This document shows positions 57,509-64,000 of a stretch of 64,000 nt of DNA, in pieces. The stretch comes from an uncultured Coriobacteriales bacterium (GTDB lineage: Bacteria; Actinomycetota; Coriobacteriia; Coriobacteriales; UMGS124), in assembly GCA_934636245.1 (NCBI GenBank), contig CAKUAI010000006.1, positions 8,548 to 72,547 on the forward strand, written 5' to 3'. The position numbers and the translations under genes are program-made. Position 1 is the stretch's first letter. Every line of letters begins with the position of its first letter. The notes beneath the pieces were generated by a model that saw nothing but the letters and a program-made list of their open reading frames with translations, was not told the origin of the DNA and made no database searches.

Positions 57509-57808
57509 ATGAAGGTATCGACCGAATGCGCGAGGTGCGGCCGCGCGGTGGCCATGCACAGCATAGAGGTCCCCGGCGGCAAGAAGGTGTACACGGAGAG
57601 CGACACGGGCTTCGTCGAGGCGCTCGCCATCGTCGCCGTCGACGGCACCGGCGCGTGGGCCTTCGACCTCGAGGCGGGCCCCGGCACGGGCGTGTACGCG
57701 CCACTGTGCCAAGGGTGCCTCATGGACCTCGGCAGGTGGCTGCGAGACGGCCGCGCCGGTGCGGGCAGGCATGACGTCGTGCCGCACACGGAGGACGTGG
57801 ACTTTTAG
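57509..57808 (+). CDS. hypothetical zinc-ribbon protein
   Basis: ATG follows GGAGAGGTGGGAG. CxxC..CxxC (CARCG, CQGC). Confidence 0.55.
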   Translation: MKVSTECARCGRAVAMHSIEVPGGKKVYTESDTGFVEALAIVAVDGTGAWAFDLEAGPGTGVYAPLCQGCLMDLGRWLRDGRAGAGRHDVVPHTEDVDF

Positions 57809-58014
57809 GAAGCATGCCCCCGGCGCGGCCCGCCGGCACTTCGGGCCCGCGCCAATACTCTCGCGAGCCCGTCGAAACGCCGCGGCCTTGGCACCGGCGC
57901 CCACCGAGGCGGTGTGACGGCCGGCGGCCCGCGCCGGGGGCATGCGGGAAACGAAAGCGGCCCCGCGCGAGGTTGCAGCTCGCCGGGGCCATGGTCGACC
58001 GGAAGGTGACGGAA

Positions 58015-58242
58015 ATGGATTCTAACCCAAGCATCGCGGATTTTGAAGAGGAAGACGACGGGCGCGACGGCCCGCTCGACAGGCTCTGCCTCGTGGTCGC
58101 GGCGCTCTCGATACCGGGCGTCCTGCCGGCCCTCGCGATCGCGGCCGCGCCCGTCGTGGCCGACGCGCTCGGCCCGTGGCTGCTGCCGCTCCTCGCGGCG
58201 CCCGCGGTCTACGGGTTCCTGTGGTTCATGACACGCAATTAA
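58015..58242 (+). CDS. small membrane protein
   Basis: Acidic N-terminus followed by two hydrophobic segments. Alternative start 57991. Confidence 0.45.
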   Translation: MDSNPSIADFEEEDDGRDGPLDRLCLVVAALSIPGVLPALAIAAAPVVADALGPWLLPLLAAPAVYGFLWFMTRN

Positions 58243-58312
58243 TCGGTAAGCCTTAGCCGCCCCGCCCGGCCTTGGACCAGGCGGGGCGCACTGTTGAGAT
58301 TGGAGCACATGT

Positions 58313-58621
58313 ATGACGAGGGGATCTGCAAGGATGAGGAAGAAGGCGGCTCCCGCCGCCTATGCGGCACGCGCCGACGCGGCCGCCTGCAGCGCCGCCA
58401 AGGCGCTCGTGATCGCCGAGGACGCAGCGGAGGACGTGCGCCGCATGAAGGGCGACCTCGCGGTCATGGAGCGCTCGCTGGAGGTCGCGACCGACGGCGT
58501 GGACATTCTCTTCCGCATCGTCGAGGACGTGGAGCGGTCCTGTATGAAGATCGGGACCACCCTCTTCGTCGCGGCCATCGTGAGCTTCGTGCTCATGGTC
58601 TGCGCGGCCGTGCTCCAATAG
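58313..58621 (+). CDS. small C-terminally membrane-anchored protein
   Basis: GGAG lies 7 nt upstream. C-terminal TM segment LFVAAIVSFVLMVCAAVL. Confidence 0.5.
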   Translation: MTRGSARMRKKAAPAAYAARADAAACSAAKALVIAEDAAEDVRRMKGDLAVMERSLEVATDGVDILFRIVEDVERSCMKIGTTLFVAAIVSFVLMVCAAVLQ

Positions 58622-58659
58622 CGGCCGGTCTCCCCTACTGAGCGTTGATGTGGAGATTT

Positions 58660-59064
58660 ATGGGCGATGCCAAGAAAGGTGCATCGAGAAGATGCAAGCG
58701 GTGGAGCAGCGCGGAGGTCGACTACATGAGGTCGCACGCGGCCGACGGCCCGGACCTCGTCGCGGCGCACCTCGGCCGCACGGCGTCGTCGGTCAAGTCC
58801 AAGGCCCAGGAGCTCGGCGTGTCCCTCTGCCGCGTCCCATGGGCCGCCGACGGCGACCTCTGCCCCCGGTGCGGCGCGCGCCCGGTCAGGAAGGGCGCCC
58901 CGGGATGGCGCGAGGGCCTGTGCGAGGCGTGCCACTTCTCCGTCCTCTCCGAGAGGACGGACGAGAGGGCGGCCGCCGAGCGCGAGCGCCGCAGGTACGA
59001 CTTGGCCCGGCGGAACTTGTCGAACGAGAGGAAAAAGAGGATGACAGATGGCGCAAAAGACTAA
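58660..59064 (+). CDS. hypothetical protein with zinc ribbon
   Basis: ATG 58660 follows GGAG. CPRCG..CEAC. Confidence 0.5.
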   Translation: MGDAKKGASRRCKRWSSAEVDYMRSHAADGPDLVAAHLGRTASSVKSKAQELGVSLCRVPWAADGDLCPRCGARPVRKGAPGWREGLCEACHFSVLSERTDERAAAERERRRYDLARRNLSNERKKRMTDGAKD

Positions 59065-59410
59065 CTGGGTCTGCCCCAAGTGCCACGCGCTCGTCGCGCG
59101 CGGCTGCGACTGCCCTCGGTGCGGTGGCGCGAGGAGGGACGACGGCAGGTACGCGTACAGGCGCGGCTACAAGGGCGCGTACGACTCGGCGAGGCAGACG
59201 GTGTGCGCCGCCCAGCACGGGGCGTGCGCGCTCTGCGGGGCACACGCCGCCGACTGCAGGGGCGGTAGGTGGTACACGCGCGGGCTCGGCGAGGTGCACC
59301 ACAGGGTGCCGCTCTCGCAGGGCGGCGGGTCGGGGTGCGACAACCTCGTGCTGCTCTGCCTGTCGTGCCACGCGGCGCTCGACGGCAAGACCGGCAAGGG
59401 GGCGGTGTAG
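59048..59410 (+). CDS. HNH endonuclease
   Basis: VHHRVPLSQGG..NLVLLCLSCH, plus N-terminal CxxC pairs. Confidence 0.8.
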   Translation: MAQKTNWVCPKCHALVARGCDCPRCGGARRDDGRYAYRRGYKGAYDSARQTVCAAQHGACALCGAHAADCRGGRWYTRGLGEVHHRVPLSQGGGSGCDNLVLLCLSCHAALDGKTGKGAV

Positions 59411-59824
59411 GTGGACGTCAACGTCGTCGCGTTGTCCGGCAGGGTGACGAGGGACCCGGAGCTCAGGGCGTCGGCTTCAGGCGCGTCGTTCCTGTCTTTC
59501 TGCGTCGCCTCGAACGAGCGCCGCAAGGTTGGCGCGGAGTGGCGCGACGTGCCGAACTACGTGCGGTGCACGGTCTTCGGGCCGCGCGCCGACTCGCTCG
59601 GCAGGCTGCTCGCGAAGGGCAGGCAGGTCTTCGTGACCGGCCGCCTGCGCTACTCGAGCTGGGAGGGCGCGGGTGGAGAGCGGCACAGCTCGCTCGACGT
59701 CGTGGTCTCCGACCTGTCCCTGGGCGCCGTCCCCGGAGCCGCGGGGCAGCGCCAGGCCGACGCCGCGCCGGCGGCGGGGGCGTGCGAGCCCGCGTCCGTG
59801 TACGACGACGAGATCCCCTTCTAG
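59411..59824 (+). CDS. ssb: single-stranded DNA-binding protein
   Basis: OB-fold pattern LSGRVTRDPELR..VTGRL, acidic tail DDEIPF. GTG start directly after the HNH stop. Confidence 0.85.
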   Translation: MDVNVVALSGRVTRDPELRASASGASFLSFCVASNERRKVGAEWRDVPNYVRCTVFGPRADSLGRLLAKGRQVFVTGRLRYSSWEGAGGERHSSLDVVVSDLSLGAVPGAAGQRQADAAPAAGACEPASVYDDEIPF

Positions 59825-59833
59825 GAGGCCGAC

Positions 59834-60574
59834 ATGGAGATATTCGACTCGTTCGTCGAGGCTGGCCGCCAGATGGCCAAGAAGGACAGGGGCGCGTACT
59901 ACGAGGCGCTCATCGACTTCATTGCCTACGGGGAGGAGCCCGAGGGGCTCACGGGCGCACCGGCGGCCGTCATGTGCGCGATCATGCCCGTGCTGCGCAA
60001 CTCCCGCGCACGCGCTGAGGCAGGCGCACGCGGTGGGCGCTCGCGCAAGGCCAAGGCGCAAGCAACTGACGAAGCAAACACGCAAGCAAACACGCAAGCA
60101 AAAGCGGAAGCAAAACCGCAAGCAAAGGCAAAGGCAAAGCGGGAAACAAACACGGTACCTAATAGTAATAGTAATAGTAATACCAAAACATCAAAGAACG
60201 ATGTTTCGGTATTACTGGAAGCAAACCCCGAAGCACCACTCCCCGCTCCCCCGCTCATGATCGCCGCGATGGCCGCCGCACCCTTCGAGCCGCCGACGCC
60301 TGCGCAGGTGCGGGACTACGCCCAGGCGAGCGGCATGCGCGGCTTCGACTACGCCGCCTTCGTCGACCACTACGCCGCGCAGGGGTGGCGCCGCGCGAAC
60401 GGCCTGCCCGTCGCCGACTGGAAGCCGCTGTGCCGCAGCTGGGCCGCGAGGCAGGCGGAGTACGACGCCCGCGACGGAAGGGCCGCAGCCGACGAGCGCG
60501 AGCGCACCGTGTCGCGCCTCGACGCCGAGCACGGCATCGACTGGTCGGGCATGGCGGCGGGGGTGGCGAAGTGA
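59834..60574 (+). CDS. hypothetical replication-module protein with a low-complexity linker
   Basis: ATG follows AGGAGG. Central ANTQANTQAKAEAKPQAKAKAK and NSNSNSN tracts. Confidence 0.6.
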   Translation: MEIFDSFVEAGRQMAKKDRGAYYEALIDFIAYGEEPEGLTGAPAAVMCAIMPVLRNSRARAEAGARGGRSRKAKAQATDEANTQANTQAKAEAKPQAKAKAKRETNTVPNSNSNSNTKTSKNDVSVLLEANPEAPLPAPPLMIAAMAAAPFEPPTPAQVRDYAQASGMRGFDYAAFVDHYAAQGWRRANGLPVADWKPLCRSWAARQAEYDARDGRAAADERERTVSRLDAEHGIDWSGMAAGVAK

Positions 60575-61191
60575 GCGCCGCCAGGGACGAGGAGGCGGCC
60601 GCCCGCGCGAGGGACGAGGCCGACGTCGCGGCCCTCACCGAGCGCTACCTGGCATGGAGGCGGCGCAGGGACTGCGGCGTGACGTCGGTGCCGCCCACGG
60701 AGTGCGAGGCGCTCGCAAGGCGCGTGCTGTCGGGCATGGCGGCCTCGCCGGGCCGCGGGGCGTACATCTTCGGCCCCGCCGGGCGCGGCAAGACCGAGAC
60801 GGCCAAGGCCATCCTCGCCATGTCCGGGCACGGGATGTTCGTGCGCGAGACCGACCTGCGCAACGAGGTGCGGGCGACCTTCTCCACGGGCGGGTACGAC
60901 GCGGTCGTCGGGCCGCTCAGGAGCGCCAGGCTCCTCGTCATCGACGACGTGGGCAAGGCCTGCGACAAGGGTGCCTACGCCGACTGGTACGCCTCGACGC
61001 TCTACGACGTGGTGGACGCGCGCTGGTCGGCGAAGCTGCCGACCGTCTTCACCTCGCAGCACGACGGCGGCGCGCTCATCAGGCTCGTCGCCTCGCAGGG
61101 CATGCAGGAGGCCCTCTACTCGCGCATGTTCGGCAACTGCGAGATCGTGCCGGTCTCAGGCTCCGACAGAAGGTTCGGGGGCTCGCGGTGA
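60571..61191 (+). CDS. DnaC/IstB-like AAA+ helicase-loader ATPase
   Basis: GTG 60571 overlaps the upstream stop. Walker A GPAGRGKT, Walker B LLVIDDVG. Confidence 0.7.
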   Translation: MSAARDEEAAARARDEADVAALTERYLAWRRRRDCGVTSVPPTECEALARRVLSGMAASPGRGAYIFGPAGRGKTETAKAILAMSGHGMFVRETDLRNEVRATFSTGGYDAVVGPLRSARLLVIDDVGKACDKGAYADWYASTLYDVVDARWSAKLPTVFTSQHDGGALIRLVASQGMQEALYSRMFGNCEIVPVSGSDRRFGGSR

Positions 61192-61193
61192 CG

Positions 61194-62360
61194 ATGGTGC
61201 TCAGGGACCTCGGCGGCGGCGTGTGGCAGGCCCGCGCCTACGTCGGGCGCGACCCGGCGACGGGGCGCAAGATGCGGCCGTCGCACAAGTTCGCGGCCGC
61301 GAGCGAGGAGCAGGCCAGGGAGACGGCCCGCGAGTGGCTGCGCACGGTCGAGCCGCGCAAGGCGGGCGTGCCCGCCGCGCTGGGGCGCATGCTCGATGAC
61401 TGGGTGCGCGGCCTGGAGGAGCGCGGCGCCAAGGGCAACACCGTCGCGGCGCACCGGCAGTCGCTGGCCCGCGTGAGGCGCACGGGGCTCGCCGCCATGC
61501 CCTACCTCGCGGTCACGTCGGCCGACGTGGCGAGGGCCATGGACGCGCTGGCCGCGCGGGGGTCGGCCGCAGGCGGGCCGCTCGCGCCCTCGACCGTGAA
61601 GGCGACGCTCACCACCCTGGCGGCCGCGTACCGCGACTGGGTCGAGTGCGGCTGGGCAGACGCGAACCCCGCGCGGGGCGTGAGGGTGCCGTCGGGCCGG
61701 GCGAGCTCGCCGCGCGCGAGGTCGCTGCAGCAGATGGAGCTCGCCGCCATGCAGTCCGCACTCGCCCGCGAGGCCGCCGGTGACGGCCGTGGCGCGGCAC
61801 TCGCACGGCCGCTGCTGCTCGTGCTCAACTCGGGCATGCGCCTGAACGAGGCGCTCGCCCTGCGGCTCGCCGACGTGGACGTGTCGGAGTCGGGCGTGAG
61901 CGTGAGCGTGTCGGCCACCATGGTCACGAAGCCCAGGCTCTCAAGGCAGCCCGCGGCCAAGACACTCTCCGGCGAGCGGAGGGTCGCGGTGTCGGCGGGC
62001 GCAGGCCTTGAGGCCGCCGTGCGCGCGAGGCTCGCAGACGGGGCCTCGCCCGGCGACCCGCTCTTCCCCTCGCCTGCGGGCGGGTGGATGAGCGCCGACA
62101 TCGTGTGGCCCTGGTTCGCGAGGTGGCGCGCGGAGCACGGCCTGCCCGCGTGGGCGACGCCGCACGTCCTGCGGCACACCTACGCCTCGCAGGCGCTGGC
62201 AGCCGGGCAGAGCCCGGTGTCTGTGCAGATGCAGCTCGGCCACGCGAGCTGGTCGACCACGCTGGCGGTCTACGGGCACGAGATCAAGGGGCAGCAGCGC
62301 GCCCTCGCGGACGCGATGGACAGGAAGTACAGGGAGGCATTGGAGGTGTTCGGGGAATGA
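61194..62360 (+). CDS. tyrosine recombinase (phage integrase family)
   Basis: GMRLNEALAL, HVLRHTYAS, LGHASWSTTLAVYGH (R..H-x-x-R..Y pattern). Confidence 0.9.
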   Translation: MVLRDLGGGVWQARAYVGRDPATGRKMRPSHKFAAASEEQARETAREWLRTVEPRKAGVPAALGRMLDDWVRGLEERGAKGNTVAAHRQSLARVRRTGLAAMPYLAVTSADVARAMDALAARGSAAGGPLAPSTVKATLTTLAAAYRDWVECGWADANPARGVRVPSGRASSPRARSLQQMELAAMQSALAREAAGDGRGAALARPLLLVLNSGMRLNEALALRLADVDVSESGVSVSVSATMVTKPRLSRQPAAKTLSGERRVAVSAGAGLEAAVRARLADGASPGDPLFPSPAGGWMSADIVWPWFARWRAEHGLPAWATPHVLRHTYASQALAAGQSPVSVQMQLGHASWSTTLAVYGHEIKGQQRALADAMDRKYREALEVFGE

Positions 62361-62548
62361 GCAGGGCGACGGCCGCGAGGCCCGTGGGATTCGTCTTCGG
62401 GACGGAGCCCGGCGAGAGGTACAGGCTCACCGGCGAGATGGCGAGCGCCCTCGTCGGCATGGCGGACAGGGCGACCAGGGCCGCGACCGAGGCGCTTGCG
62501 GCGGCGAGGGCCGCGGAGAGGCGGGCCGCAGGCGATCGGGGACGATGA
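62357..62548 (+). CDS. small hypothetical protein
   Basis: ATGA overlap with the recombinase stop. 63 codons. Confidence 0.4.
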   Translation: MSRATAARPVGFVFGTEPGERYRLTGEMASALVGMADRATRAATEALAAARAAERRAAGDRGR

Positions 62549-62571
62549 CGAAGCAACGAGGGCGCGGAGCG

Positions 62572-62608
62572 GGGCCCGTCGGGTAAGGCATTCCCGGCGG
62601 GCCCTTTT
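62572..62608 (+). terminator. rho-independent terminator closing the early operon
   Basis: GGGCCCGTCGGG..CCCGGCGGGCCC stem followed by TTTT. Confidence 0.7.
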
Positions 62609-62620
62609 CCATGCATTGCG

Positions 62621-62642
62621 GCGGTGGATTCGCGGTGGATTC
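62621..62642. repeat. tandem 11-mer GCGGTGGATTC x2
   Basis: Read directly. A third partial unit (GCGACGG) follows. Confidence 0.8.
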
Positions 62643-62794
62643 GCGACGGGTCGGCCGAGGGAAAGACGCGCCGCGCTGCCAGGCCTTCGCGTGCGCCGCC
62701 CGCCCTGGACTTCGTATATCAGGTAAATATCAAGACAGAGGGATTTTATAGGTGTACTATATATGCCAAAACGCGACCATCGGAGGCTATTCGC

Positions 62795-62977
62795 ATGGCT
62801 CAGTCAAAAGCGCAGTCGAAGGCGACCACGAAGTACCAGAAGGAGCACACCAAGACGTACGTATTCCGGGCGAACCTGGACACGGACGCCGACCTCATCG
62901 AGCACCTCTCGAAGGTCGGGAACGTGGCCGGCTACCTCAAGGAACTCGTGCGCGCCGACATGGCAAAGAATATATAG
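62795..62977 (+). CDS. putative ribbon-helix-helix DNA-binding protein
   Basis: 60 aa. Strand-helix-helix pattern KTYVFRANL / DADLIEHL / VAGYLKELVRADM. RBS GGAGG. Confidence 0.5.
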   Translation: MAQSKAQSKATTKYQKEHTKTYVFRANLDTDADLIEHLSKVGNVAGYLKELVRADMAKNI

Positions 62978-63000
62978 TGCACTATTGCATGCCTGATAAC

Positions 63001-63018
63001 TATATAGTATACTATATA
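63001..63018. promoter_or_regulatory. perfect 18-bp AT-rich palindrome
   Basis: TATATAGTATACTATATA. Its half-site ACTATATA recurs at 62756..62763 and, inverted, at 62971..62978. Confidence 0.6.
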
Positions 63019-63061
63019 TTGTCAGGCGGCAGCACAAGGCTACCGTCGAGAGGAGAAGGGC

Positions 63062-63199
63062 ATGGAAGAGATGACGAAGGAAGAGATGCAGAGGTTCCTC
63101 ATCAAGGAGGCTCAGCGGGGCAGCGGCGAGTTGGAGGCCTACCGCAACCTCATGGAGGTGCTTGGCATCGAGTACCCGGCCGAGAAAAAGGCCGAGTAA
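63062..63199 (+). CDS. small hypothetical protein (45 aa)
   Basis: ATG follows GAGAGGAGAAGGG. MEEMTKEEMQRFLIKEAQRG... Followed directly by a strong terminator. Confidence 0.45.
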   Translation: MEEMTKEEMQRFLIKEAQRGSGELEAYRNLMEVLGIEYPAEKKAE

Positions 63200-63203
63200 C
63201 GGG

Positions 63204-63243
63204 AAGGCCCCGGGGACGCGACCCCCGGGGCCTTCTTTCTTTC
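63204..63243 (+). terminator. rho-independent terminator
   Basis: Perfect 12-bp stem AAGGCCCCGGGG/CCCCGGGGCCTT followed by CTTTCTTTC. Confidence 0.75.
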
Positions 63244-63474
63244 AGTGCCCCGGCATGGAAGGGACGACGGCATAATACCACGTAGAACGGCATCCTGCCC
63301 GCAGGGGGAGGGTGGGTGGAAGGACGTGGGCGACCGCCCCAGGGACCAGCGAGGGGGTCTTTTTTTCTTTTCCACGAAATTGGGGGCCTGTTACGCCCGG
63401 TAACGCATCCCGCATTACGTTACATTGTGACGCGCGGGCTATCCTCGCCGCCTGAATAAGGAGGCGCGGGAAAA

Positions 63475-63774
63475 ATGTCCGAAGAAGTGAAGACGTGCAG
63501 CTGGTGCGGCAAAAGTTACGTATCACAGAGGCCCAGCTCGAGGTTCTGCTCGCCGGCGTGCAGGGTCGCGTCGCACAGGTCCTCGGCGGGCGGGAAGGCC
63601 GTGCAGGCGGAGCCGACCATAGGCCAGGACGAGCTTGCGGCGGCGATAGTGCAACTGAAGGGCGCCGTGGCCACCCTCTCGGCCGCGTCGACGAGGGGCC
63701 CGGCCGCGATGCGGCACGCGTGCGGCGCCGTGGCGCTCGTGACCGCAAGCGCCCTGAAGGCCGAGGGGCTGTGA
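63475..63774 (+). CDS. hypothetical zinc-binding phage protein
   Basis: CSWCG..CSPAC motif. Sits directly upstream of the terminase-like gene. Confidence 0.55.
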   Translation: MSEEVKTCSWCGKSYVSQRPSSRFCSPACRVASHRSSAGGKAVQAEPTIGQDELAAAIVQLKGAVATLSAASTRGPAAMRHACGAVALVTASALKAEGL

Positions 63775-64000
63775 GGGGCCGGAAGCCCTCCGCGACCGCC
63801 GTGCGCAGGGGCGGGAGCGGCGCGCCCGCCGCGACGCCCGTGGAGGCGTGCGTCGTCTTCCCCGCGCACGCAGAGCCGACCCCGCTCGTCATGCGCGACG
63901 AGAGGGTGCTCGACGCGTGGCGCGACCTCTTCGGCGACGGCTCGGCCTACCACCCGTCCGACTCGCCGATCATGGGGCAGCTCGCGTACTGGGTCGCCGT
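63772..64000 (+). CDS. possible terminase small subunit (5' part, truncated by the window end)
   Basis: GTG overlaps the upstream stop. The N-terminus GRKPSATAVRRGG resembles P27-type small terminase starts. Confidence 0.4.

Larger units (their letters stand above)
48771..64000. mobile_element. prophage, continuing beyond the window end
   Basis: Serine recombinase next to the tRNA-Asn terminator, cI/cro-like switch, SSB, HNH, DnaC-like loader, tyrosine recombinase, terminase-small-subunit-like start at the right edge. Left junction inferred; right end not in the window. Confidence 0.8.

Noticed and set aside
60654-61193. 5' extension of the ORF containing the tyrosine recombinase.
   Set aside because: It overlaps the DnaC-like gene in another frame. 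Integrase-like sequence begins at ATG 61194.
61194-62360. The tyrosine recombinase as the enzyme responsible for integration next to tRNA-Asn.
   Set aside because: It lies 12.5 kb from the tRNA inside the replication module, while the serine recombinase abuts the junction. This remains open and cannot be decided from this window.

Overview
GC-rich, actinobacterial-type chromosome segment. Gene content suggests Coriobacteriia, but the taxon cannot be proven from the sequence. All coordinates, repeat identities and alignments were read by eye, with no searches run. Layout: (i) 0.2-38.6 kb holds housekeeping genes (xpt, hypB, degV, recQ, mtnN, dut, an NDH-2-like oxidoreductase, TetR plus oleate hydratase). 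These are interleaved with two Dpp/Opp-type ABC importers, a duplicated orphan binding-protein gene, and a dense set of peptidases and amidohydrolases (M18, M20, M42, C39-like, CN-hydrolase, two creatininase-family proteins, AroM, DUF1177). (ii) 38.8-45.0 kb is a three-gene TerB-protein/ATPase/helicase operon of the Shango defence type. (iii) 47.0-48.8 kb holds tRNA-Gly, tRNA-Leu, a deformylase-like gene and tRNA-Asn. (iv) From about 48.77 kb to the window end is a prophage: large serine recombinase, accessory cassettes, cI/cro-like switch, early genes, HNH, SSB, DnaC-like loader, a tyrosine recombinase, and the start of the packaging module. The best candidate for an undescribed system is 50.2-54.0 kb, between the prophage recombinase and repressor. 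It carries three paralogous orphan proteins and an Abi_2 gene arranged as separate cassettes. Each cassette begins with a CATTTT..AAAATG palindrome, and three share an identical 54-68 bp promoter/leader module. Many long ORFs in the supplied track are antisense shadow ORFs of real genes and were not called.
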